DNA of 53,183 nt from Bacteroidales bacterium UBA1800 (lineage in GTDB: Bacteria; Bacteroidota; Bacteroidia; Bacteroidales; VadinHA17), in contig DCFQ01000085.1 of NCBI GenBank assembly GCA_002319915.1, forward strand, positions 13,877 through 67,059, given 5' to 3'. Positions 1 through 9,237 of this stretch are shown in pieces. A program made the translations under genes and the position numbers. Position 1 is the stretch's first letter, and each line of letters starts with the position of its first letter. The notes beneath the pieces were generated by a model that saw nothing but the letters and a program-made list of their open reading frames with translations, was not told the DNA's origin and made no database searches.

Positions 1-592
<592 letters not shown>

Positions 593-631
593 TTATTTAA
601 TTGGTTATCAAATTCAAGCGTCAGATCGCGA

Positions 632-910
632 TTATGCAATAAACAGGATGTCACTCTGTGAGATCAGGAGATAATCCTCGTTGTCGATGGTGAGTTCCTG
701 ACCGGAGTATTTTCCGTAAAGTACAACATCACCCTTCTTTACTTCCATCTCTTCATCCTTCTTTGCAGTTCCTACCATAACAACGGTCCCCTGACGAGGT
801 TTTTCCTTTGCAGAATCCGGGATTATTATTCCGCTTGCTGTTTTAGCTTCAGCTTCATGAGGTTTTACCAGGACTTTTCCTGCCAATACTTTGCCTTTTA
901 CTTGTGCCAT
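632..910 (-). CDS. groES: Co-chaperonin GroES
   Basis: KTASGIIIPDSAKEKP mobile loop, VKKGDVVLYGKYSG; adjacent to groEL. Confidence 0.98.
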   Translation of the reverse strand: MAQVKGKVLAGKVLVKPHEAEAKTASGIIIPDSAKEKPRQGTVVMVGTAKKDEEMEVKKGDVVLYGKYSGQELTIDNEDYLLISQSDILFIA

Positions 911-959
911 TTCTATTTAGTTTTAAAGTTAAACACTGATTTCTGACTTGTACCCTTTT

Positions 960-974
960 ACATATTCCATGCCA
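960..974 (-). promoter_or_regulatory. Possible sigma-54-type (-24/-12) promoter for groESL
   Basis: Minus strand TGGCATGGAATATGT; -24 TGGCA is good, -12 ATGT deviates from TTGC. Confidence 0.3.
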
Positions 975-1028
975 TTTGATTTAACCATAAAAGAATCCCG
1001 GCAGGAGCGGACATTTTATCTATTCATT

Positions 1029-1049
1029 TCTGCCATTTATTTTGGCAGA
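1029..1049. promoter_or_regulatory. Inverted repeat between secG and groES (operator or hairpin)
   Basis: TCTGCCA-tttattt-TGGCAGA, perfect 7-bp arms. Confidence 0.4.
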
Positions 1050-1159
1050 GTGAAGTTAGTTTTATTATAAAAGCCTGAATGCGAGGACGTTTATTTATGA
1101 CAGATCAAATGTTCTACATGTGACAATCTGACACGCCGGTCAGAAGGATGCCATTGTCA

Positions 1160-1537
1160 TCACTTAACTGGTTTCTGCTCACCACCCGAAGGGGTCGCAC
1201 TGTTTGTTGTGGTTGAGGGAGGCACCGCGGTCGGCAGGGTCGGGATAGCATTAGGATCGACGGCATTCTGTATCTGGTTTTCAATCCTTGAATGTCCGGC
1301 TGTTGATCCGCGCGGGATTGATGCAGTTGCGACAACACTGAGTATCATGATTGCTGCCGCCAGTGTCCAGGTCGCCTTTTCGAGAAAATCAGCTGTCTTT
1401 CTTATCCCCATGCTCTGGCCGGCGGATGTAAAATTAGCAGCCAGTCCTCCACCTTTTGAATTCTGAACAAGTACGATCAATATCTGGAAAACACATGCAA
1501 CAATTACCAGAACCGAAACAAAAACATAAATTCCCAT
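1160..1537 (-). CDS. secG: Preprotein translocase subunit SecG
   Basis: VLVQNSKGGGLA...RKTADFLEKATW, two TM helices. Confidence 0.95.
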   Translation of the reverse strand: MGIYVFVSVLVIVACVFQILIVLVQNSKGGGLAANFTSAGQSMGIRKTADFLEKATWTLAAAIMILSVVATASIPRGSTAGHSRIENQIQNAVDPNAIPTLPTAVPPSTTTNSATPSGGEQKPVK

Positions 1538-1558
1538 TTTACAACTATTTTATTATCT

Positions 1559-2755
1559 CTATTTTATAATATTCTTAATCTTCTCAATTTGAGTCGCAAA
1601 GTAAGCGCTTTTTTCCGGAAATTTCAAACTTAATTTCTCATAAATTTCAATTGCTTTCGAGTAGTATCCCTGAGCCACGTAGATTTTCGCCAGGGTCTCA
1701 GTTATAAAACTTCCCTTCTCCTCGGCTGAAGGCTTTGCCAGGTCCTCGGCGGGATGCTCGTTCTTTTCAATCCTTGGCTCAATCCGTGGATTTGTCAGGA
1801 TGAACTTGTCGATCAGATCAGCCTGGGCCCTTTTATGCAGCTCCCTGGAAGGTTCTGCCTCCATGTTCCCCGTGATTCCTTCGGGCTCAACGGCAGGCCC
1901 TTCTGCAACACGTATGACCGGAGCTTTTTCAGCCGGTGCTTCCTCACCGCCTTCCGGGTATGAGAATCCGGGATCCATATAGAAGATCCTGTCTTCTACA
2001 TTCGCCGGTTCATCCTGGATCACAAAAATCGATCCTGTCTCGTCATTGTCCGTTTCTGCGGCTACAAGTATCTGCCGGCCGAAAACAAGGTCGGCGGCCC
2101 CATTCTCTTCACCCTTTTCCTCTGCCCCGGTCCCTTTCTCGATCTCGACAATAAGGTCTTCGCTGTTTCTGGCTGATTCGATTACAGTCTGTTCCAGGTC
2201 AGCCGGTTCCTCGTTGAAGGTTTCATGAACTGACCGGACTTCAATGGTCACGTCTGGTTCCGGTCCGGCTGCCGGCTCCTGCGGAGTTTCAGGGACCGGA
2301 ACTGGCTCATTATCCCTGACTTCCCAGCCCAGAGGTTCCGGGATTGATTCCTCGATAAAACCTGTCTCAGGCTGCTCTTCCTGTACGACAGGTTGTTCGA
2401 TCTTTTTGTCATCCTCTGCTATTTCAGCTGCAGGTTCCGGTACCGTATCCGGTCCGAAGGCACTTTCTGCCGGGCCCTGGTAGCCAATGACCTCTTCCCG
2501 GGGCCGGAACGATACCTCCTCTTCCTTTAAATTAAGCAGGTTATAAAGCACTTCCCTGTTGGCGATGTAGATTGCCGAATTGCGCAACTGGTTTGCGAAC
2601 CTTACATCGGAGGCTTCCTTAAGGCCTTTAAGAAGAAGAAGGTGAGCGGTCTGGAAATAGGGGAATGCATCCACGATCTCATTGAGAGCCGCCAGCATGG
2701 AGCTGTCGGCAGGCTCTTTGCCGTCAATCAGCCTGATGAAATCATTCCTGTTCAT
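1559..2755 (-). CDS. Conserved Bacteroidota hypothetical protein, TPR-like termini with acidic linker
   Basis: N-term FPYFQTAHLLLLK, C-term ITETLAKIYVAQGYYSKAIEIYEKLSLKFPEKSAYFA; E/P-rich middle; lies between lptE and secG. Confidence 0.8.
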   Translation of the reverse strand: MNRNDFIRLIDGKEPADSSMLAALNEIVDAFPYFQTAHLLLLKGLKEASDVRFANQLRNSAIYIANREVLYNLLNLKEEEVSFRPREEVIGYQGPAESAFGPDTVPEPAAEIAEDDKKIEQPVVQEEQPETGFIEESIPEPLGWEVRDNEPVPVPETPQEPAAGPEPDVTIEVRSVHETFNEEPADLEQTVIESARNSEDLIVEIEKGTGAEEKGEENGAADLVFGRQILVAAETDNDETGSIFVIQDEPANVEDRIFYMDPGFSYPEGGEEAPAEKAPVIRVAEGPAVEPEGITGNMEAEPSRELHKRAQADLIDKFILTNPRIEPRIEKNEHPAEDLAKPSAEEKGSFITETLAKIYVAQGYYSKAIEIYEKLSLKFPEKSAYFATQIEKIKNIIK

Positions 2756-2760
2756 TCATG

Positions 2761-3312
2761 TCACCAGTTAACGAATGCCCGGTTAAAGATGTCCTCCACA
2801 AGCTCATCAATTATTTGTTTTGAGAGATCATCTTCGACAGCGCTCAGGTCGGAGGCACTGTCATAATCCTTATACCTCGAGAACTCCTGGGTGTAGCTCA
2901 GGTCAGGGTCAACCGTATTGGTGAATTTCACCTTGACAGTTATTGTGAATCTGTTCATGGCAGCTTCCGCGGCGGCGGAGACTGTCAGTGGCTTGGTGTT
3001 GTAATCCTTGATCTCGCCCTCAAAATTGGCATCGGCAAGATTGTTCGTAAGGGTGAGGTTTGTCTGCGACTTGCACTTGTCGATAAGAGCATCCGTAAGA
3101 TTCTGGCTTAGTGCAGGCTGTACCAGGCTGGCCCTGTTCTGGAAATACTGTACGCTTACCGTTTTAAGCCCTTCGGTGCTTGCTCCCGATGTGGAATATT
3201 TTATACTCATAAGTTTACAGCCGGTCAGGGAAACCGACAGAAACCCTATGATCAGGGCCGGGATAAGGAAATTACTGAAGCCCCGAAGGCTGTTCTTACA
3301 TTTCAATCTCAT
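2761..3312 (-). CDS. lptE: LptE-family lipoprotein (LPS assembly)
   Basis: Lipobox SLTGC, YFQNRA...EGEI...RFTITVKVKF...EDIFNRAFVNW; start moved to ATG 3312, overlapping the upstream stop. Confidence 0.8.
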   Translation of the reverse strand: MRLKCKNSLRGFSNFLIPALIIGFLSVSLTGCKLMSIKYSTSGASTEGLKTVSVQYFQNRASLVQPALSQNLTDALIDKCKSQTNLTLTNNLADANFEGEIKDYNTKPLTVSAAAEAAMNRFTITVKVKFTNTVDPDLSYTQEFSRYKDYDSASDLSAVEDDLSKQIIDELVEDIFNRAFVNW

Positions 3313-4537
3313 ACTCTTTAATTTTCCTGTAGAGGGTCCTTTCCGATATTCCAAGCTCCTGCGCGGCAAGCTTGCGTTTACCGTTATATTTCTCCAGTGC
3401 CTTTTTTATCATTTCCACCTCTTTGCCGGCGAGGGAGAGCGACTCTTCAACAACCTCTTCGGTATCCTGGATGTTATTGATGTCGTGATGCGATATTCCT
3501 CCCGGCCTGGGGGTTGATGGTTCCGGCGCCTGCCCTTCCTCATGGGTTTCCCGGAAAAGGTGCTTTATAACTCCCGAATCAGTGTTGTGGAGGGCAACAT
3601 CTAAATCACCCGACTTGATAAGATCGAGGACCAGCTTTTTAAGGTCGTTCATATCGCTCTTCATGTCGAATAGGATCTTGTAAAGGATCTCCCTTTCGGA
3701 TGAGAATGATTTTTCCTCATCCTTTCTTATCACTGCCGGCAGCTTGGTCCCGGTGTAATCGGGCAGGTATGTTCTCAGCACCTCGCCGGATATTTCCCTC
3801 TCCTTTTCAATGATCGATATCTGTTCGGTGATATTTTTAAGCTGGCGGACATTCCCCGGCCATGAATAAGTCATTAGAATATTTTTTGCCTCGTTGCTCA
3901 GCCTGATGGCCGGCATCCTGTATTTCTCGGCAAAGTCAACGGCAAACTTCCTGAAAAGCAGGAATATATCTTCTCCCCTTTCCCTCAGTGCAGGCATCAT
4001 TATCGGGACAGTGTTCAGCCTGTAGAACAGATCCTCCCTGAATTTTCCGTTCTCGACGGCAATGGGGACATCGACATTGCTGGCAGCAATGACCCTGACA
4101 TTTGTTTTCTGCACCTTTGAGGATCCTACCCTGATGAATTCCCCGGTCTCCAGGACCCTCAGGAGACGGACCTGGGTCGACAGGGGCAGCTCTGCCACTT
4201 CATCCAGGAAGATTGTGCCGCCGTCTGCCACTTCAAAATAGCCTTTCCTGCTGTCAGTCGCACCTGTGAATGATCCCTTCTCGTGCCCGAAGAGTTCAGA
4301 ATCGATTGTCCCTTCAGGTATGGCGCCGCAGTTGACCGCAATATACTGGCCGTGCTTCCTTGTGCTGTAGCTGTGTATGACCTGAGGGAAAGACTCCTTG
4401 CCGGTACCGCTTTCACCCGTTATCAGAACTGAAAGATCGGTCGGGGCAACCTGTACAGCGATGTCGATCGCACGGTTAAGACCGTCGAAGTTGCCAATTA
4501 TCCCGAACCGTTGTTTTATGCTCTGAAGGTCTTTCAT
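3296..4537 (-). CDS. Sigma-54-dependent AAA+ activator (Fis-type HTH), no N-terminal sensor domain
   Basis: GESGTGKE Walker A, SELFGHEKGSFTGA, FLDEV Walker B, FREDLFYRL, WPGNVRQL, LGISERTLYRK. Confidence 0.95.
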   Translation of the reverse strand: MKDLQSIKQRFGIIGNFDGLNRAIDIAVQVAPTDLSVLITGESGTGKESFPQVIHSYSTRKHGQYIAVNCGAIPEGTIDSELFGHEKGSFTGATDSRKGYFEVADGGTIFLDEVAELPLSTQVRLLRVLETGEFIRVGSSKVQKTNVRVIAASNVDVPIAVENGKFREDLFYRLNTVPIMMPALRERGEDIFLLFRKFAVDFAEKYRMPAIRLSNEAKNILMTYSWPGNVRQLKNITEQISIIEKEREISGEVLRTYLPDYTGTKLPAVIRKDEEKSFSSEREILYKILFDMKSDMNDLKKLVLDLIKSGDLDVALHNTDSGVIKHLFRETHEEGQAPEPSTPRPGGISHHDINNIQDTEEVVEESLSLAGKEVEMIKKALEKYNGKRKLAAQELGISERTLYRKIKEYEIEM

Positions 4538-4611
4538 ACAAACTTTTACGCTGGTGCGAATTTAAGACATTTTTGAGACTTTGGGAAATTCAAAATTCGT
4601 ATTTTCGCGGT

Positions 4612-5379
4612 ATGAAGAACACTCTCCGATATCAGTTCGCCGGCATTATTCCTGCGAGATATGCATCCACCAGGTTCCCCGGGAAACCGCTTGTCATGAT
4701 CGGCGGGAAGCCGATGGTCCAGCACGTTTATGAGCAGTCGGCAAAGGCCCTCGGTATCGTTTACGTTGCCACCGACGACATAAGGATAAGGGACGCAGTG
4801 GAAGGCTTCGGGGGGAAGGCTGTAATGACCTCTGACAGGCACCAGAGCGGCACCGACAGGTGTGCGGAAGCTGTCCGGCTGATTGAGGAAGCTACCGGGG
4901 AAAAGATAGACATTGTCATTAATATACAGGGTGACGAACCATTTCTCAGGCCGACGGAGCTCGAGCTTCTCTCCTCCTGCTTCAATGACAGATCCGTGGA
5001 AATTGCCACGCTCGTTAGAAAAGCCCTCCCAGGCGAGGATATCTTCAACCCGAATCAGCCCAAAGCCGTGCTCAGCAAATCCGGTGATGCGATCTACTTC
5101 AGCAGGGCTGCCATACCCTATGTCAGGGGGGTCGGAATGGACAACTGGGCTCATAACTACACTTATTATCTTCACCTCGGCATCTATGCTTATAAAGTCA
5201 GTGCACTGCATTCCATTACCCTTCTGGAACGCAGCTCACTCGAAACAGCAGAGTCGTTGGAACAGAACAGGTGGATCGAAAACGGATTCAGAATCAGGAC
5301 CGCTGTCACTGAGTGGAACAGCATCAGCATCGATACGCCTGAAGACCTGGAAAAAGCAATTCAGCACTATGAACATTAA
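4612..5379 (+). CDS. kdsB: 3-deoxy-manno-octulosonate cytidylyltransferase
   Basis: IIPARYASTRFPGKPL, SGTDR, INIQGDEP, ESLEQNRW, IDTPEDL; ATG 4612 preferred as start. Confidence 0.96.
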   Translation: MKNTLRYQFAGIIPARYASTRFPGKPLVMIGGKPMVQHVYEQSAKALGIVYVATDDIRIRDAVEGFGGKAVMTSDRHQSGTDRCAEAVRLIEEATGEKIDIVINIQGDEPFLRPTELELLSSCFNDRSVEIATLVRKALPGEDIFNPNQPKAVLSKSGDAIYFSRAAIPYVRGVGMDNWAHNYTYYLHLGIYAYKVSALHSITLLERSSLETAESLEQNRWIENGFRIRTAVTEWNSISIDTPEDLEKAIQHYEH

Positions 5380-5441
5380 TAAAAAAAAAATGTCTATCTT
5401 TATACAATAAATTGTATTCACCCAGTGCCTAAACATTATTA

Positions 5442-5813
5442 ATGAGAAAGAGTTTACTCATAGTTTGTGCTTTGTTACTGGCATTCAGCGCTCATGCTCA
5501 AAAGGATACAATTCTACTCGTCGATCGGACAATTCCGAGGGCCGATATCAGGGAAACCCCTGCTGCAAGCATAAATATATACCCGGTACCTGTCAGGGAC
5601 AATAATTTTACGATCAGGACAGACAGGGAAATGTCGCTTGTTAAAGTCACAAATATGATCGGTCAGGATATTTACAGGGCCCAATACAGAAATCCTCTCT
5701 CATACACTCACATAATCCTGGAAAATCCTACCCGCGGCATCTACCTTGTCACTATCGCTTTTACCGACGGTACGAGGGTCGTGAAGAAGATTATGATCGA
5801 TAATCCGCTGTGA
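5442..5813 (+). CDS. Small secreted protein with T9SS type A C-terminal sorting domain
   Basis: Signal peptide (..SAHA/Q); IYPVPV...NMIGQ...GIYLVTI...KKIMI matches the Por secretion tail pattern. Confidence 0.8.
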   Translation: MRKSLLIVCALLLAFSAHAQKDTILLVDRTIPRADIRETPAASINIYPVPVRDNNFTIRTDREMSLVKVTNMIGQDIYRAQYRNPLSYTHIILENPTRGIYLVTIAFTDGTRVVKKIMIDNPL

Positions 5814-5885
5814 TCTCCTGTTTCTCTCTTTTTTGACCTGGGGGAATTCCCCGATCCGCTCATGATTTTTATCAATTCAGGATAG

Positions 5886-5908
5886 AACAATCAATTAGCA
5901 GGATTGTT
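5886..5908. promoter_or_regulatory. Inverted repeat upstream of the MerR regulator (candidate operator)
   Basis: AACAATC-N9-GATTGTT perfect arms. Confidence 0.4.
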
Positions 5909-5949
5909 TACACATTAACGTCAAACATTTTGACAAATTGAGAAGCGAG

Positions 5950-6849
5950 ATGGAAGAAGGGATGAATGTTTTTTCGATTAAGGACCTTGAAAATTTTTCC
6001 GGAATCAAGGCTCATACTATCAGGATCTGGGAAAAAAGATACAAGATACTCGAACCCGACAGAACCGATTCCAATATCAGGGTCTACAATGAATCCGAGC
6101 TCAAGAAGATACTGAATGTCGCATATCTTAACAGGAACGGATTCAAGATCTCTAAAATCGCCCAGTTCAGGGAAGATGAACTGACGCGGCAGGTAGTGAC
6201 CATGAGCAATCAGGTCGATAACCTGGATGTGAATTTCCAGCCGGGCAAGATACTGATGTCAGCTATCTGGTTCAACGAATCGCAATTCAAGGAGGTTCTT
6301 CTGCCTTTCATAAGAAGATACGGGATTGAAGATGCATACTTGCGGTTTTTTCACCCCCTGCTTGACAAATCGAGGATCCTCTGGCAAACTGGCAGCCTGT
6401 CGAGGGCGCAGGAACAGTTCGTGAGAAATACCATTCACCAGCTGATCGTGATCGAGGACAATAGCCTCAGGTCCCAGCCTGGAAAATCCAGGGCAGTCGT
6501 TGCAATGATAAACACCACCGATAACCTGTCCGACAATAATTTCCTGTTCTATAAATATGCCCTCAGGAACCGTAATTTTGAGGTAATATTCACTGGCGGG
6601 ATCCTTCCTGCATCGGAGGTTATCGAGATCCATAAGATCAAGCCATTTGAGTATCTGGTGGTTAATTCTGGAGCCTTCGATTATGACAAGAAGAAGATCA
6701 GCTATTTCAGTAGCATTGCCAAATCGCTGATAATTAAAAAGGTGATCCTGACCGACTACCCGGAGCCGGTTGAAAGGAAAATTCCGGATAACATCCTGAT
6801 TGCAGCAAGCCCGTCTGAATTCCTGAAAGTCGTGTCAACTTTCCAGTGA
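5950..6849 (+). CDS. MerR-family regulator, LitR/CarH-like architecture
   Basis: FSIKDLENFSGIKAHTIRIWEKRY..P.RT.SNIR.Y HTH, then helical bundle with WQTG and a Rossmann-like C-terminus; start 5950 or 5962. Confidence 0.88.
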   Translation: MEEGMNVFSIKDLENFSGIKAHTIRIWEKRYKILEPDRTDSNIRVYNESELKKILNVAYLNRNGFKISKIAQFREDELTRQVVTMSNQVDNLDVNFQPGKILMSAIWFNESQFKEVLLPFIRRYGIEDAYLRFFHPLLDKSRILWQTGSLSRAQEQFVRNTIHQLIVIEDNSLRSQPGKSRAVVAMINTTDNLSDNNFLFYKYALRNRNFEVIFTGGILPASEVIEIHKIKPFEYLVVNSGAFDYDKKKISYFSSIAKSLIIKKVILTDYPEPVERKIPDNILIAASPSEFLKVVSTFQ

Positions 6850-6923
6850 AATTTGCGGGCAGTTATGTTGCAGCCGGGCAGGTTCTGGTCATGAACTTTG
6901 TGCGACTATGTGTTGTCCTTCGT

Positions 6924-7010
6924 GTCCCGATAATTATCGGGACTTCTTGTTTCAAATTATTTTTACCACTAAGGCCCACAAAGGTCCCGATAGCTATCGG
7001 GATCACAAAG
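6924..7010. repeat. REP-like palindrome pair
   Basis: GTCCCGATAATTATCGGGAC (6924-6943) and TCCCGATAGCTATCGGGA (6985-7002); 6961-7010 matches the reverse complement of 19191-19240 at 47/50 nt. Confidence 0.9.
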
Positions 7011-7066
7011 GTAATAAAAGGACTTCGACCATGGATGTGACCATGGACATTGGACTTGGAGTTTCC

Positions 7067-8053
7067 CTAACTCTCAAGAAGGGAGAGAAAGTACATTTTC
7101 TCCTTTTCCAGGTCCAGGCCGGGAACCCTGGTTACCAGTGAATCGATCTTCTCAATTGTCGTCACGGCAAACTTCCTCACCGATTCCCCTTCGCTTTTCT
7201 TAAGCCTGTGAGACATTGCCTTTGAGATGCCCGATATCTCCTTCCAGAGGCTACGGGTATTGTTATCAAAATAACAATCGGAAAAAGCGTCCCAGATATA
7301 ACTGACTGCCGGTGATGATGGGTGAAGCATATCCTCGTCATAAAACCTGTAATCGCGCAGGTCATCCATAAGCAGCTCATAGGCAGGGAAATACCCTGGC
7401 CTTGATGGATGTCCGAGCAGCTCCTCCACGGCGAGGAACAGCACCGACTTACTTACCTGGTTGCCGTGCGCCCCGTCCTTCCAGTGACGGACCGGGCTTA
7501 TGGTGAAGACAATCCTCAGCTGCGGGTAATCGCTTTGAAGCCTGTCAAGCACCCTGGTCCATAGCGATACGATCTCACCAGGCTTAAGCAATTCACGATC
7601 AAACTCCGAAGCGCTTACCTTGTGGCAGTTTGATACGATTGCACCCGTCCTTTTCCACCTGTAAACCCTGGCTGTTCCGAAAGTAACGAACAGGAACCCG
7701 GCACCCGCCAGGAATTCGGCTGCCTCCTCCGACCGTGTATTGATCCTTTCGAGCAGATGGCCGGGATCTTCTGATGAGAAATCGGTGTAATGGCTGAAGC
7801 TTATCCAGGTCCCCTTGTGATTGTACAGGTCTTCGAGCGTAAATTTCCTGCCGCCTGCAAGGCCGTCAAGAGTATTGAGGACGGAGACCGGGTTGTATAC
7901 GGTGCCTGAAGGATTGATCATGACAGGCAGGTGGCCCGTTTCAAACTGGCGGCCGATGGATGTCGCGAAGCATGAACCGATGAACATGACCTTCCCGGAG
8001 TATGTGATCTTCCTTTCAGAAGGCGGGATGCTGAATGTGGTTCTCAGTTCCAT
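7067..8053 (-). CDS. GSCFA domain protein (SGNH-like)
   Basis: FIGSCFA, NP.GTVYNP, VSNCHK, ISPVRHWKDG, YFPAYELLMDDLRDYRFY..DMLHPS. Confidence 0.93.
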   Translation of the reverse strand: MELRTTFSIPPSERKITYSGKVMFIGSCFATSIGRQFETGHLPVMINPSGTVYNPVSVLNTLDGLAGGRKFTLEDLYNHKGTWISFSHYTDFSSEDPGHLLERINTRSEEAAEFLAGAGFLFVTFGTARVYRWKRTGAIVSNCHKVSASEFDRELLKPGEIVSLWTRVLDRLQSDYPQLRIVFTISPVRHWKDGAHGNQVSKSVLFLAVEELLGHPSRPGYFPAYELLMDDLRDYRFYDEDMLHPSSPAVSYIWDAFSDCYFDNNTRSLWKEISGISKAMSHRLKKSEGESVRKFAVTTIEKIDSLVTRVPGLDLEKEKMYFLSLLES

Positions 8054-8067
8054 TTCAGGTCCTGGGT

Positions 8068-8886
8068 TCAGTTGAGATTCTTGCTGATCCAGGCAAGGAT
8101 GCTCCTGAACACTTCCTCCCTGAATGGCTCGTTGTGCAGTTCATGGTAACCGCCGTTCCAGAGGATGAACTCCGACAGTTTATTATTCGATGCAAATTCC
8201 TGTGAACCGGCCGGAGAGCAGATCTGATCATCGCTTCCGTGCATGATCAATGCCGGTATTTTAAGGTGGGATGCATTCCTGAGTGCGTTCGAGGCTGCAT
8301 TCATCGCATTGTGGAAAAGGCTCACGGAAATCCTGCCGTGCACCAGTGGATCATTTTTATATGCCTCAACAACCTCCTTGTCGTGCGAGATATGCTCGAC
8401 CACCAGTCCTGATTTCTGGACCAGTCCCGGGAGGAAATTCTTCATCACCCCGGCGAGCTTTACCTTTGCCTCCTCCGGTTCAAAAGAGAGCTTCAGCCAG
8501 GGTGAGGTCACGATGGCTCCCCTGAAGCCGGGGTTCTTCCGCACCAGGTAATCGAGAACCAGCCCTCCCCCGAGACTGTGGCCGTACAGGAATACGGGCA
8601 GCCCCGGATACAACCCCTTCAGGTCATTATGAAGCGTTTCAATCATTTGGTCCGTCAGCCCGTAGCTCCTGATATGGCCTTTCTTCCCGCCGGAACACCC
8701 GTGACCGGGAAGGTCGACGCCCTCAAACCCGATCCCGTTCTTAACAAACATGTCGGCCCAGGCCACGTACCTCTGAATGTGTTCACCCAGCCCGTGCACC
8801 ATAATAATGAAGGCCCGCGGATGATCGGGTTTAACCCTGAATCCCTTGAGGCTCTCTCCGTTGCTCAGCGTTATTGTCAGTTCCAT
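8068..8886 (-). CDS. Alpha/beta hydrolase (lysophospholipase/monoacylglycerol lipase)
   Basis: VHGLGEH, DLPGHG, GHSLGG nucleophile elbow, HGSDD, YHELHNEP. Confidence 0.92.
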   Translation of the reverse strand: MELTITLSNGESLKGFRVKPDHPRAFIIMVHGLGEHIQRYVAWADMFVKNGIGFEGVDLPGHGCSGGKKGHIRSYGLTDQMIETLHNDLKGLYPGLPVFLYGHSLGGGLVLDYLVRKNPGFRGAIVTSPWLKLSFEPEEAKVKLAGVMKNFLPGLVQKSGLVVEHISHDKEVVEAYKNDPLVHGRISVSLFHNAMNAASNALRNASHLKIPALIMHGSDDQICSPAGSQEFASNNKLSEFILWNGGYHELHNEPFREEVFRSILAWISKNLN

Positions 8887-9180
8887 ATTATCTCCTTTAG
8901 TGTGGAAGTACAGCAAAATTACAATAAAATGTTTTAACTCGGCCCGGCTGATTGTTTACATGAGTTTCGGGGACCTGGTTCTCCATACTTCCGGATTTTT
9001 ACTGTATGGCTGAGGAGGCAGCCGTGTATCTTCGTTGTTACAAGATACCGGAAAAAGTAATTTATCCCTAATTTAGACTCAGCCTCTATTTGCTTTCCCA
9101 ACAAGCTGTACAATAAATATTTGACTGAATTGGTCTTTTTAGAAACAATCTCATTTTTAAAGATATTCGGATATTAAGAC

Positions 9181-9211
9181 TTGTTTATCTTTATTTATCT
9201 GCTTACATTTG
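9181..9211 (+). promoter_or_regulatory. Bacteroidota primary-sigma promoter for the ECF gene
   Basis: TTG at 9181 and TACATTTG (TAnnTTTG) at 9204-9211; overlaps the tandem TTGTTTATCT/TTATTTATCT. Confidence 0.55.
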
Positions 9212-9237
9212 CTTCAACAATCAAAAAATGAAGGATT

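Noticed and set aside
911-1159. CIRCE element upstream of groES
   Set aside because: No TTAGCACTC-N9-GAGTGCTAA is present
5841-5852. GGGGAATTCCCC palindrome
   Set aside because: Single short occurrence with no U-tract after it; not enough to call a terminator or operator
6924-7010. Possible mini-CRISPR array
   Set aside because: Only two non-identical palindromes, no regular repeat-spacer series and no cas genes
6846-7141. Short ORFs containing PDSYRD / VPIAIG peptides
   Set aside because: These are translations of the palindromic repeats, with no coding features
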